A stretch of DNA of 64,000 nt from Lytechinus pictus (GCF_037042905.1 NC_087245.1:25298001-25362000), one strand, 5' to 3'. Numbered from the stretch's first letter, positions 50,253 to 63,225 are shown. The notes: generated from the letters alone by a model not told the origin. Made by a program: numbers and translations.

Positions 50253-50702
50253 AAAGAACGAGGTTAAAGGGAGCCAAACCTGATCAAGGAATTGCTCTTT
50301 AATAGATAAAATAATAAGTGGAGTAGTCAAAGTTTGAATGAAATGAGACACAAAAAAGCATACTCTTTGCTACTGGTATGATGAAGATTGTTTCTAAGAG
50401 ATATTTACTTTTCAGAAGAGCAAAAATGATAACTCTATAGCACTCTATCCGATGTCTTTTCTTGCATGGGCAGAGATTACAGCATGGAACCTTATGTTGG
50501 GGGGGGGGATAATAGTTATTGTGTCATCTCCACCTCCCCCTCTGAATAGCTGTATGTCAGTGTCTCTGACCATGTCCCTTTGATATATGTAATGGCTTCA
50601 CCTAGTAGATAGGAAAGGTGAATATTGCCCATATATGAAATACTAGGCCTTGTCACCCCGCCAATATGATTTTGAAATAAATTATAATCACTACACTTTA
50701 GG

Positions 50703-51183
50703 CAGAGCTGCCAACCAGTACGTTTTTGGCGTATTTAATTAGTTTTTGCAACCAAATACGACATTGCGTTTTTTCTTTAAAATTACGATTTTGTTTAAAA
50801 AAAATTATCATTTTATTATTATCATTTTTTTTTTACAAAACCGTAATTTATTGAGAAAAATCATCTCTCCATGTCTCTTTTTCATAAAACTTACACAAAT
50901 ATGGTTATTGGATGAATGTAATTTCAGGTTTTTTCAATCATTTTTTAAAATCCAGGGTGAGATATACACATGTTTCAATGTTTTTTTTTTTTTTTCATCT
51001 ACAAGAGCAGTGCGCATATTAGCTTGCATGCAGCTTGCAATGAGCGCAGCGATTGGGACTCTTTTTTTTTCTTCAAATGTTAGCAGGCCTGCTATCTGCA
51101 AAGCAGTGCGCATTTTATTATGAAATACAGTTTTTTTTTTATCACAGAATACAATTTTTCATTCCCAGAGGTTGGCAGGTCTG
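50703..51183. mobile_element. Same MITE family, copy 2
   Basis: TTTAGG|CAGAGCTGCCAACC ... GGTTGGCAGGTCTG|TTTAGG. The interior aligns by eye to 7404-7827. Confidence 0.88.
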
Positions 51184-51660
51184 TTTAGGGCATGTCAAAT
51201 CTGATGACTTGAAAAGTTATTGATTTGATACTGGACTACTGCATGTATTTCAACCCCATAATAATCCAGATATTATTTTCTCAGAGTGTACTTGTATGAT
51301 TCAGGATCATATATTTGTTTCAGAGGACATATAGTCATATCCTTTCCAAGTTTGAGTTGTGCCCCAAGAGAAAAAAAATTGGGTTAAAATGATGACGGTT
51401 TAATACATCATAAAATAGGGGAGCTGCAGTGTGACTGTGAGAGTGAAAATCCATGTAATAAACTCTCAATGTTTTTATATTTGCATAGATAGAAAATGGA
51501 TTTTGACTTGTCCAACAGTTTGTACTTGGTAGAGAAAATGAACGTGAACATTTTTTTTTCAAAGTACATTACAAATGTATGATTTTATATTCATATGATT
51601 CATGTGAAAGGCAACAGGAGATTACACCTCATGTAATATTCATTCCGTCACTTTATATAG

Positions 51661-51814
51661 GCCACAGAGATTGCTCTGCATATACAACAGAAACGGGACC
51701 TAGGATGTAAAGCGCCCTCTGTGACGGAAATCCAAGAAACCAAACAGAAGACAAGTCATTCCAGAGGCTGGAAGAAGTTCACAGCGTTACTAGGAGGAGA
51801 GACCAAATATAAGG
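51661..51814 (+). CDS. SVIL: Supervillin exon (ATEIALHIQQKRDLGCKA...WKKFTALLGGETKYK)
   Basis: ATATAG acceptor, G|GTGAGC donor, phase 0-1. Confidence 0.94.
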
Positions 51815-52200
51815 GTGAGCCATGGATCAAACCTTTGTTATCAAACCTTTACAAAATCATAGCAGTTACAAGTTTGTGAACAAATGAAGCTATAAATGTT
51901 AGTTGTAGACTTGGAAGACATTTCTAAATCAAAGATCTTTCTGATACTGCTTTTATCTTGAAGCTTGTCATCATTTATAATAACATTACAATCTTTGATT
52001 TTTTTAATTAAAAATTGTAATGTGGTTGAATTTGTAAGCCCAGTTACCATGTATGTAGTTTCTTTTGATAGCAAAATTACAATTGAAGGTAGGTTTTAGC
52101 AAAAGGGACTAGTTCATGTGTTTTTTTGTTTGACATGATACAATACACCCCAGCGTTGTTCAAAAAGATCATCTGAGTTTATATTTACACTGTGGAAAGA

Positions 52201-52425
52201 GGGGGTGATGGTGATGATGACAATTATGGTAGTGATGGTGATGATGATGGTGGTGATTATGATGGCGGTGGTGGTGATGGCGGTTATGGTGGTGGTGACG
52301 ATGACGATGGTGATGATGATGATGATGATAATGATGTTAATGACGATGAGGATGGTGATGACAATGATAGTGGTGGTGGTGATGATGATTATGATATTGA
52401 TGATGATGACATTTTGATGGTGGTA
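52201..52425. repeat. (GAT/GGT)n compound microsatellite
   Basis: Seen directly; it generates the spurious poly-D/G and poly-M/V ORFs. Confidence 0.95.
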
Positions 52426-52506
52426 ACTACCTCCTTGAACTGTTGATTTAGGGTAGTAGGTGGATTAATACTTTTAAAAAATTGACATTTTTTGTTATTT
52501 GCATAG

Positions 52507-52652
52507 ATGTTGGAGCTCCAGATGAGGATGAAATGCATGAAATCTACATCACAGAGACTAACATGGTCTACAGGGTTGAAGGAGATAGTCTAGAGCCATA
52601 CGAGGCTTACTGGGCATCACCGGGCAAGTTCAAAATGCTTGATACCAATGAG
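52507..52652 (+). CDS. SVIL: Supervillin exon (DVGAPDEDEMHEIYITETNMVYRV...YWASPGKFKMLDTNE)
   Basis: GCATAG acceptor, GAG|GTAAGT donor, phase 1-0. Confidence 0.95.
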
Positions 52653-52679
52653 GTAAGTGTTACAATGGCGGGAGAAAGG

Positions 52680-52910
52680 ATGGGGATTATGATGATGGTG
52701 GTGGTCGTGGTCGTGGTGATGATGATGATGATGATAATGATGATGGTGATGATGATGATGATTATGGTAATGGTGATGATGATTATGGTAATGGTAGAGA
52801 GGATGATAATGTTGATGATAATTTTGATGGCGATGAAAGATAATTATACTCATCACCATTTTGACCATAGTGAGGGCGGGGAATAGGATGGAGATGATGG
52901 TAATGACGAT
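52680..52910. repeat. (GAT/GGT)n compound microsatellite
   Basis: Seen directly. Confidence 0.92.
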
Positions 52911-53067
52911 ATCGAGTGTAATTATGATTACAAAGTGTTAAAAATTGAGCTTTTATTTCTAATCATATGACTGTATAAACTATTCTCATCCAGAATATAA
53001 GAATGTAAAAGCAATATAGTTTTGTTAGGTCAACAATCCAGTACTCATTATCTTTTTGTGTATGCAG

Positions 53068-53274
53068 GTGTTTGTCTTTGACTTTGGAAGTGAGATCTAT
53101 ATATGGAGGGGCAAGGCTGCATCCAAGAGGAAAAGGAAAGCAGCCGCTCAGCTTGCCCAGTTGCTATGGGAACGAGGTTTTGATTACTCCGAGTATGATG
53201 TCAATCCCATCGATCCCCATGATACCAAGAACATGGTGAAGAATGAGAGACCAGACTGGACCCTCATAGGAAAG
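53068..53274 (+). CDS. SVIL: Supervillin gelsolin-repeat exon (VFVFDFGSEIYIWRGK...RPDWTLIGK)
   Basis: TGCAG acceptor, AAG|GTATGT donor, 207 nt, phase 0-0. Confidence 0.96.
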
Positions 53275-53824
53275 GTATGTTAATTAATAAAAAAAATTGT
53301 AAGTATATTTCGACCTACCCTTTATTTATTTCCTCGATTTCCAAGAATCATATCTTCAAAGTATTGATTTGTTTTACCTAATTGTTGTCCCATACGTGCA
53401 GGAAATGCAACAGATTGAAATTCCATGCTTTAATTGACAAGTTACATCATATGTGCATGGATGTGCAGATATGACCACTGTGACCAATGAATGTAACAGG
53501 TGTATATCATTAAAATATAACAAAAGTCATATATAAATATTAGAAGCTATAAGAGTTCTTTCATTATCCTGAAACATTCATTATATCATCAATCTTATGA
53601 ATAATACATTGAGTTGATATGAATTTATCGCAAACCAAACATCACTAAAAAGTTGCAATTTATTTTGTCACTGATTGTTTCTGTTATCAATCTATTGCAA
53701 AAAAAAATACATACTGAGGTTTAAAGTTACAAGTGATCATAAGATTTATAGGACCTCATTATGATGCAAGGTGCTGTACTGATTCTGATAATCTTTATTC
53801 TCTGGATTGTTTGTAAATGTGCAG

Positions 53825-53923
53825 GCTACACAGCACATGGAGACGATTCTCTTCAGACATAAGTTCATTGACTGGCCGAGGGAGACAGATTCATCAAAGA
53901 ACGGCCAGGATGAAAACCAAAAG
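53825..53923 (+). CDS. SVIL: Supervillin exon (ATQHMETILFRHKFIDWPRETDSSKNGQDENQK)
   Basis: TGCAG acceptor, AAG|GTAGGC donor, phase 0-0. ETILF..KF.DW motif. Confidence 0.94.
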
Positions 53924-54595
53924 GTAGGCAATGCTACAAGTTAGCTACATGTACATGTACTAGTACTAAGCATCCTTGAATTTACTTTGAAGAGACTACT
54001 TGTTGATTTAATATTGCTCTGTAATGTAAAATGAAGTGTGAGTTAGAGATGGTTTTATATTTCACATCTTCTTACCAACTCCTGCCTTTCTCTTTTTTAA
54101 TGTAAAAATTATATTAAATACTTAAGTTATTAGACTTAAAATTTTCTTTTATGGTAAAAAAAATACTGTGAAGTCCCAAGTTTTCCATGAGAAAATTAAC
54201 AGAAAACACAATTTTCAGGCCTTAAAAATTGAGTAAATATTAATGCAATGAAAAATAATAAATATTAAAGCAAAGTGTTAAACAACAAAACCCTGCATCA
54301 GATGAAAATCTGCCAATCAACCATGTCTGCAGTGTTTAGCACGTGTTCACCATACAAAATAGAAACTTAAGGTTTTCCTGTGATTTTCAATACATTATTA
54401 CTTTATCATGTGATCTATGCATGTCACAGAAGAAAACAGAATAACACAGACTTTGCATTTTTGAGAACTTAAGAATATAGAAAATTATTTCATGGTAGGC
54501 CCACATATAAAAATAACGTACATGTACTTGTAGAAGCAATGTCCCTTGTGTTCAGATAATTCAAGCTTCTTTGTTTCCTCTTTTTTTCTGAGCAG

Positions 54596-54704
54596 TCTGA
54601 AAAAATACCAGAGCTTGTTCCCTTTGATGCCAAACTCATGATCCAACCAAGTAGAGAAAAATCTGATCTCATATTGGAAGGAACCAATCTTGGAAGAGGG
54701 GACG
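54596..54704 (+). CDS. SVIL: Supervillin exon (SEKIPELVPFDAKLM...LILEGTNLGRGD)
   Basis: GAGCAG tandem acceptor, G|GTAAGT donor, phase 0-1. Confidence 0.92.
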
Positions 54705-57700
54705 GTAAGTCATCTGTTTTTGAGGGACAATGCACGTTTGTTTGTTTGCCGTGGAAAGGAATGTTGTCTTTGTCTTTTGTGCAACCTTGGATTGAAAAAC
54801 AAAACACCAAAATGCTTTGATATAATTTCGATGATTTCAAATTAAATGTTTTCTTAAATACGTACTTCATTTTGATATTCCACTTGAAGTTGAAATCATC
54901 TAACAATTGATTTTCTTGTGACTCAAGATGAATTTCCTTGGCGGGGACATATGAATTGTTTAGAATAATTGTTGATCATTTTGTAGTATACTGTATTTAC
55001 CACTGATACTTTAAACAGGAATATGTTTCCCCTACTATGTTTGTAAATTCGATAAAGATCTTTAGGAGACTTTGTTCTATTATGGGATATGAACTTCTTT
55101 GTTTATGATTACAGACGATACTATCATACATGTATGTCTACTGGATATATCAGATATCATAACTCAAATATTGTTTGAATCTTCAAAATTTATGATAAAA
55201 ATTATTCAATCAGTGCTGAAACGTTATGTATGGGTTTTTGCAAACAATATTTCAAGTTTACATGAATTCTTAAAGTTAAGTGAATTCTTGATACAATCTA
55301 GATACTTTTACTGATTTTTGTGAAATTTCAGACTTTTTATTCAAGGATTCATTCGTTTTATAAGAACTGTGAGCACTTGTAATATTGACTGAGATAATAG
55401 AGTTTTCTGTTCTTTTGACAACTTGAAAGTATATAGTCTTTCACTAATGTTTTCCTTATCCCTTCTGGAGTAGAAAGCATCTGAACATTTTGCTTTCTCA
55501 AACCATGGAGAATTTAGAAAAGAAAGTACTGTTATTTTGAAGATTTGTAAATGAGATTGTTGAATCTTGAAATCTTAGCTTGCTGTAGGATGTCTCATGA
55601 AAATGACCAAGAAACAGCATATACCTGTGAGACTTGGTTTCTTCTGATACTGTGAATTTCTGTTAATCATCACTTTTTGTCTCTTATAACAAACAAATCT
55701 TCCACACCAACTTCTTGTTATTCTTTTGTTCTTTGTTAATGGCACATAATAAAGATGTTAATCATTCCAAATAATGATATAATCATGTCACTTTGTTGGT
55801 GAATTGCATTAAATGCACCAGGACTGGATACTTCGGGTGATAATGAGAGGGAAATACCAGGTGATTTTCTCTAATTTTTCTCTAATTTCTCACCCTAGAA
55901 CTACCTCTCGCGTCATTTATCTTCACTCAGTGCACATCTTTTTGTTGACTCACCTTATAGTTTCTGTGCTTCTGATCAGAATCACTTTGTTTAACTTCAA
56001 CTCCACCTTTTGTTTCTCTTCATCCGTTTCACCTGCTATTTTACTGTGAAAGTGGAATATTTGAGTGATCCCCAATAGTTACCTTTTTTCAGACATTCAG
56101 GTCATATTTCTAAACTGGTTTTATTTCAGCTGTGTTTTAAAGAAACAACAAATTTAAAGCTCATATACATGTATCCTAAACAATACAATAATGCAAATTT
56201 GAGGCATTTTCATTGATTGCCATTTTAGACCAGTCAACTTAAAAGAGTAAAGATTTTGGCAAATGTCCAGAGCCAATTTAATCCCGACCTTTTTTTTGGT
56301 GAGAATCCCAATAGGTTCTCTTCCAATATAGATGTAGGTACAAAAATGAGGGATTGGGAAACGCTTGCTTCACAGCTAATAGATGTGGCCTTTAACTTAA
56401 ACCTGTAGTTCACAATATGGAGCACCACATTGTTTTGCTAAATGGGGTTAAAAGAGAATTGAGAAATGGTGTCTTGTAGGCAGGAAAATGATTTCAACAA
56501 TTTTTAAGACCATTCAGGCAAAAATTTGCACTGTAGACTTTGTTGGTATTACACTTTGGAAAAATGATTGTTCACATCAGCTTTCATTCATGAAAGGAAA
56601 TAACTCATATTAAAAAAAGAAATTAACAAACAATTTCCATGTTCATGTCTTTTATGTTTCTTTCGGCGTCACAATAGTAGTATTCCGCTTTCACATGAGC
56701 TATTTTTCTGTTTTATTTTCAGTTTTTGCAATTTGCTGAATTCCTCTTATTTTCAATTTAAGGCAGCATTTTTTTTTCAATTTCATTTTGCAATATGATT
56801 TGATTCTACTGGTATTGTATTATGGACCTCTGGTTTTATATGTATTGTTACATATTTCTGAACTAGTAAATTGACAATGTAAACATGTACTTGTAACTTG
56901 AAATTCTGTCCTTCGGAAGTAAATGTATGTTTTTATCTTTGATTCTATTTGTAATAGATTTATATAAGTTTTAAGGGTTACAGAGACAAATACTGATAAT
57001 TTTCTTGGTCATGCCATTTAAATAAATTTGCATCGATCTACCCCCCCCCATCCCCCCAAAAAAAAAGGAAAGAGAATTTTTGTTTTTTCCAAGTTAATAT
57101 TTTTACTATGAACAAACTTTGAGTTCTTAAGATTGTCAGCAAATCATCACGATTAAGCTTTTCTTTAAAGATTGCATTTTTAGATTTCATCAATATTTTT
57201 TTTAAGTTCAACATCTGTATCAAATGAAAACCCATTACCTTTCTTTCATGGTATATCATCGGCAGATTGGGTTTGTTTTGACAAAAATTAGTGATTACCA
57301 ATTCATTTTCTAAAGTTGAATATATTAGTAACAGATGACATTAATGTACTTGTTCAGAAGGGTATCTATTCAGTTTGATGTCTTCCTACAATGTAAGATA
57401 TAATGTTACGCTGTCATAAAATATTCAACAGAATGACTAGTGTTGAAGAATATTTTTGTATTTATAAGCCCTCTTGTCAATGTACACATATTTACAATCA
57501 CTATGCAATGCATGCATTATTGAGTTAACAGATACTTATTTTGTTCTTATGTGGCTTTTTATTATTAAAAAAGGAATGGTTGATGGTACTTTAGATTATA
57601 GTATGCATGTGATTACATGTATTTGTGTTATGGAATAGAGGCTTTCATGTTGTGGTACAAATGTAGCATGCTCTTCAGCATATCCCTCGCTGCACGTATA

Positions 57701-58040
57701 GGCCTTCTTAGCCCCCTTTCATCAAAGTGTGATTAAGCTTGTTCTATTGTTAGAAACAAAGGCTTGAATTTGAGGAATGATAATGAAAGCTTTCTCGTTT
57801 AATGAAAGGAATTCTACATTTAATTTCTCTCAATAGTTATTCAGATCTATCTTTAAATATTCACAATTTGTGATCACAAGTTTTGGAATGGTTTAAGGAT
57901 ATTACAGGTTTTCTGTTTCTATTTTAGTTCATTGTCATTAGTAGACTTAAAAGAGCATTAACATTTACTTTGGAAGAGGTTTATTCTCACTTCATATTGC
58001 TATTATTTCTTCTAATCATCATTACGATAGGTTTCATTTA

Positions 58041-58202
58041 TACCATGGTCACATTTGATCTACGGCGGCCGTACGGCGAGTCGAAAACAGCCGTTTTATT
58101 CATTTTTATTCAAACCATCCATGTATAGCTGGTACAAAAAATTTTGAAACGGCTGTTTCCGACTCGCCGTACGGCCGCCGTAGAGTGAATGTGACCAAGG
58201 TA
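58041..58202. mobile_element. PIF/Harbinger-like MITE (TTA TSD), strong hairpin
   Basis: TTA|TACCATGGTCACATT..TCTACGGCGGCCGTACGGCGAGTCG.AAACAGCCGTTT ... reverse complement ...ATGTGACCAAGGTA|TTA. Confidence 0.88.
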
Positions 58203-59676
58203 TTAATGTTATATTTCTGTAACTTCAGGGCAAAAATCAGCAAATAATACTAATAATTTGCATTTTATTTGATTTTTTTTTAATTAAAAAAACTGGTAAT
58301 TTTGAGCAGTCATTTCCTTTTTTTTTTTAACTTCCACCATAAAAGTAATACAGTAACATTATTTACATAATTTTGTGTTCAGCATGTTGTCATTGTCAAA
58401 GAAGCATGCAAAATATGTTTGCTCATTTTTATTTTGAAGGGTTTACATAGCGAGTGTCGAGTGTTCATAGTTTTGATTTGCACATCCAGAAATATCATCT
58501 TTGATTTATTATATTTTATTACATTAGTAGTTTTTCATTGCAAATGATTTGCTTTACCCCTAAAGACCTTTGTGCTTACCAAGACACATCTTGTGATCTA
58601 ATCTGAAAAGCAATTGGAGCCTACATCATGGATATTTGAAAATTGAAAGAATATTGTCAAATGTTGATCATAAAGATAATTGTTTAATTACTATATGTAC
58701 CGCTCAAATTTTGGTTTATGTGAGCATTTCAAATTCTAAATCATGAACATAAATGCCAAATCAGCTTTAAAATCACCAAAATAAAATAAAAATGTTTTCT
58801 CACTTTTTGATAAGATTGTATTTTACAGAATTCTGCAACCAGCTTGGTTCATACAGTGTGAATTGAAATATTGAAATGTGACTTCTCTTGCGTCAAATTG
58901 TTCCAAAATATGTTTCCATAAAAAATCAATTGAATAGCCAATTTTGATTGCACTGGGCTTAAGTGTATCATTAATCCCATTGAGTCTTACTGATAACAAC
59001 ATATCATTCCTTATTCATCTGAAGTTATTATATTTCTTCAATTGATTGAATACAATTTGAATTTAACTACAGTTCCATGAGGATTTTTAATCATGTATTA
59101 ATTTTTTGTGTGCACTCAAAACAAACTGTTTTAAGATGTAAGTTTAAGTAGCTCATACAATATAATTCAAAGCATTATGACACTGCATGAGATAAAATTG
59201 TGATTGGTTTTATTTTTGTCTTTTATGTGAATTTCTAGTCTGAATACCAACTATACTTGAATTTGTTAGAGTACAAGAATGTAATTTATTAATATTACCA
59301 GTGTAAGATACCAATCAGAGTAATTATTTTTCATATCATGAATTCAATCAAATCAGTAACTGAGTGCATTGAAAAAAATGGCTTAGATTCAATCTGTATC
59401 TGGTACAAATTTAAACTTAAAAAATAGCATTTATACTGATAATACACGTTTCGTGTATAGTACATGTCAAATTATGATATTGTCATTATGCACTTCCAGA
59501 GGACTTGGATTTCATTACCCGACTAGCCTGTAGGCCTTTTCATACAGTGTGCAAGACTTTTAAGAATGAATCTTGCCATGTCCGCATTTACCTCACCTGG
59601 GTAGAGTGCAGTAGCACTCAGACAAATTATTTGCTGAAGGATGTACTTATGTTCCAATCTGTGTTCACCTTTGCAG

Positions 59677-59844
59677 CATTCTTCAGCAAGGTCGACAGGA
59701 AGGGACAGAGGATCAACACGTTATCGGTGGTCGTATGGCATGTCTTAGAGTATGAACACAGCGTTGTAGGAGAAGAGAGCTTTGGGCAGTTCCATGAAGG
59801 GGATACTTATGTCATCAGGTGGCTATACAACGTAGAAAACACTG
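59677..59844 (+). CDS. SVIL: Supervillin exon (AFFSKVDRKGQRINTLSVVVWHVLEYEHS...GQFHEGDTYVIRW...)
   Basis: TTGCAG acceptor, G|GTAAGT donor, phase 1-1. Confidence 0.95.
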
Positions 59845-60833
59845 GTAAGTCTTAGTTTGAACACACTTATTGTAGTTGTGTATTAATATATGGCATCTGC
59901 CAGTGTATCAACTCACAATAATATGAGTGAGGGACTTGTTTCATAAAGAAATTGTAATTATGGTCAGAAAGTCATGATTATGGTAACTTTTTTTATTTTT
60001 ATTTATTCATTTCATTTCCAGGCAAGAAAACATGACAGCAATAGAAACATTACAAAAGAAATGTAAAATTGAGCACCAGCCAATGCCTGGGGATCACCTA
60101 AAAGAATTGAAAATTCTGTCGAGAGGTTCTCCACATTGTCTGGTGTCTACATGGAATAACACAAAATAGCAATAAATTCAAACATGTAATTACAATACTT
60201 CTATATAAATTAACCTTCATCGTAATAAATATGAATAGAGAAACAAACAAAAAAACGAGGTTATCAAACTAATACTTTAAGAAAAAAAAAACCAACATGG
60301 CATATGGTTCAGCAGATGCTAATAAAAATATTCAAGGTTTCTATGTTTGTTATCCATTGACAAAGCTACAATGATAAAAATATTTTTCATGACATGTGTG
60401 CCAGCAAAAAAACCCCAAACTTGATAAAGTTTCATGAAGGGTATGCATTTTTAAGATAGAATGATTGATAGAATAATGCCCCCAAAACCCTACCATACAT
60501 CCTGAATATTATTTGTTTGGTTGGTTTTATTGCTTTAATTGAAACGATCACTTTGGTAGATTTAATTGCAGAGATTGTGATATTCTATATTTTCTGTTTA
60601 AAGATGGAAATATATTTTTATAACACTTTAGTTTGCAATAAAGACCTATGAAAGTAATTTTATGAAATGGATTTTATTGATAATACTCGAATAGTATCAT
60701 CAAAAGGTATCAGTATCATCAACCACTTTCCCCTAAGAAAAAATATAATTTGCATCATGGGTGAGATTGGTGAATATTCTTTAGAAAGAAATGCATGTAC
60801 ATTTATGCACATTTGTGTTTCAAATATTAACAG

Positions 60834-61097
60834 GTATGAAGAGCTTAAAGGGTACCGCATCAAGGTGGGGAGGGACCCAGGGGAGGGAGAGGTGCGCCTA
60901 CTTCTTCTGGCAGGGGCAGCAGAGCACCATCAACGAGAAGGGGGCATCGGCCCTGATGACGGTGGAGCTGGACGAGGAGAGGGGTCCTCAGAAGCAGGTG
61001 GTGGAGGGCAAGGAACCGGCTGCATTCTTCCAGCTTTTCAAAGGGAGGATGGTGGTCCATGTGGGCAAGAGAGAAGACGAGCAGACAAATACTAAAG
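60834..61097 (+). CDS. SVIL: Supervillin exon (GMKSLKG...[35 protein letters not shown]...[13 protein letters not shown])
   Basis: AACAG acceptor, AAG|GTACAA donor, phase 1-1. Confidence 0.95.
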
Positions 61098-61568
61098 GTA
61101 CAACATTTCAACATTTGAAATTGAAAAATACCCCCCCCCCCCAATGGGAGAGATACGGCATTCTCTCTTGGAATGAGTAGCAAACTAAGGAAAAGAGCAA
61201 AATCAAATCAGAACACTTTGCAGTGGCATGAAAACGGGGGAGAGGAGTAGCAATTGGCTGCCCCGTCCCCCTCCCAAACAAAACAAAAAAATGGGAAAAA
61301 AGGAAAGAAAGAGGGAGAAAGAAAGAAAAAATTGGTAGGAAACTAAAAGAATACATGCATATGATATGATAGGACCACATTCATTTACTTCAATGCAATC
61401 GCATTGGTGATAAGGATTTAGGAATTATCTGAGATAGGCCTGCCTGGCCATATCTGAATAAGAATTCCTCAGAAATTAAATTTATGAAATAAATGCTTTT
61501 TGGAACAGACATAGTGCTTCCTTTATACTTCTCCACATCATTGAAAGTGTTTATCTTTGTTAATGCAG

Positions 61569-61791
61569 GCCCCTACAGGTTGTACTGTGTGAGAGGGGAA
61601 CACACCAAAGAGACTAGTCTAATGGAAGTTCCTGCTAAGATGAGGAGTCTACGGTCCAGGACCTCTTTCGTTCTTCTTACCCTCAGTGGAGTCCATAACA
61701 AGAAGGCTAGTCTGCATCTTTGGCATGGGGCCAAGGTTTCCAAGGCAACCAAAGAATGTGCTCAACATGCTGCTGCTGCTCTGAAAGAAAA
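61569..61791 (+). CDS. SVIL: Supervillin exon (GPYRLYCVRGE...SLRSRTSFVLL...LHLWHGAK...)
   Basis: TGCAG acceptor, AA|GTGAGT donor, phase 1-2. Confidence 0.95.
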
Positions 61792-62295
61792 GTGAGTTTG
61801 GGTATCTATCTGGTGTGAATGGATGATTGAATGAATAAATAAACAAATAAAATTACAAACAACGAAAATAGAAATACTATTTAAAACAGAATGTACTGTA
61901 TGTAGATCTCTGTATGTTTCTGTAGCTGAGTGGTCCAATATGGACAAAAATCAGGGTTTCGGCAAAACACAACTATGCATTTTATTTGTTCTTTTATCTT
62001 GTATCATGTAAATGAAATGCAATGGGCATTATCTGTATGAACATGCGCACCTTCAAAACATTTCAATTTTTTAGATAAAGGTATAAAATGTTTTTGTTGT
62101 AGTCCTCTTTGAGGGCGTAACATGGACTTCCAAGCTTATTGTAATATAATTTTTCAGTACTTTTCAGGTTATTCAGTGAAAAATTCAAAATGACTGAAAT
62201 ACGGTGCTTATGATTATTGAATTTGTTTTTATTTATATTCCTGTGAAGCTAACTATGTTCTGTATATTCTGATTTTTGTCTATCATATTATAAAG

Positions 62296-62426
62296 TCTTC
62301 CACAAGAAGCGGGGCTATCAACCGATTGCAGCATCACATTAGAAGAGATGGAGGAAGGCAAAGAATCAGCTGCCTTCACCAAAGCTATGGGCAAAGATAG
62401 GAATACATATGATAGTGCAATGAGTG
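62296..62426 (+). CDS. SVIL: Supervillin exon (LPQEAGLSTDCSITLEEMEEGKESAAFTKAMGKDRNTYDSAMS); absent from ORF track
   Basis: Weak AAG acceptor, G|GTAAGT donor, phase 2-1. P.EAGL..E.EEG.E motif. Confidence 0.88.
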
Positions 62427-62776
62427 GTAAGTCTCTTTTGCTTCTCTTCCATCAACTATTTATGAAGAACAGATTAAAGGTAAAACAAAAGTAAAGGACC
62501 AGAATAATGTTAAAATGGTGCAGATAATTGTTTAATGCAAGGGAGATCCTAAGGTGCGCCACAACCGTTTTACACATTTTAGGATCATGGTAGATCATTT
62601 ATAAAGCAATGGAATGAAAGAAGCTTTTGAATAGGCTCATATCAAAAAGAAATTGTATCAAAATATAATCATGAATTTTTCTGTGAAAATCTCATATTTT
62701 TCTACCCAATATTTTTAATTTCAATGGTTATTCTGTGTACTAAATTTACATATGAAAATTTCATATGCCCTTTCAG

Positions 62777-62932
62777 ATCCTCTCAAGTACGATTATACCC
62801 CAAGATTGTTTAATCTGACCAGCGGCTCAGGAGTGTTTGTATCCAATGAAATTCTCTACCCTGCAAGGTCAGCAGAATACCCTTCTCCATACCCCTTCCT
62901 CCAGTCAGACCTGTATTGCGGGGAACAACCAG
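62777..62932 (+). CDS. SVIL: Supervillin exon (DPLKYDYTPRLFNLTSGSGVF...PFLQSDLYCGEQP)
   Basis: TTTCAG acceptor, CAG|GTAAGA donor, phase 1-1. Confidence 0.95.
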
Positions 62933-62954
62933 GTAAGATTCTTAAACTAGATAG

Positions 62955-63182
62955 ATAATGGTGGTGATAAGGATCATGATGATGTAGTCATAGACAGTGA
63001 TGTGAGTATATCGTGCTGATTTCTGGTGATGATGGTAGTGTTGATGGTGGTGGTGTTGATGATGATGATGATAATGATGATGTTGATGATGATGGTGGTG
63101 GTGGTGGTGGTGGTTATGATGATGATAATGATGATGATGGTGGTGGTGGTGGTGGTATTGGTGGTGGTGGTGGTGGTGATGG

Positions 63183-63213
<31 letters not shown>

Positions 63214-63225
63214 CATCATCATTAT
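62955..63225. repeat. (GAT/GGT)n compound microsatellite
   Basis: Seen directly. Confidence 0.95.

Noticed and set aside
60667..61095. 142-aa overlapping ORF
   Set aside because: It is an alternative frame of the GC-rich SVIL exon 60834-61097.
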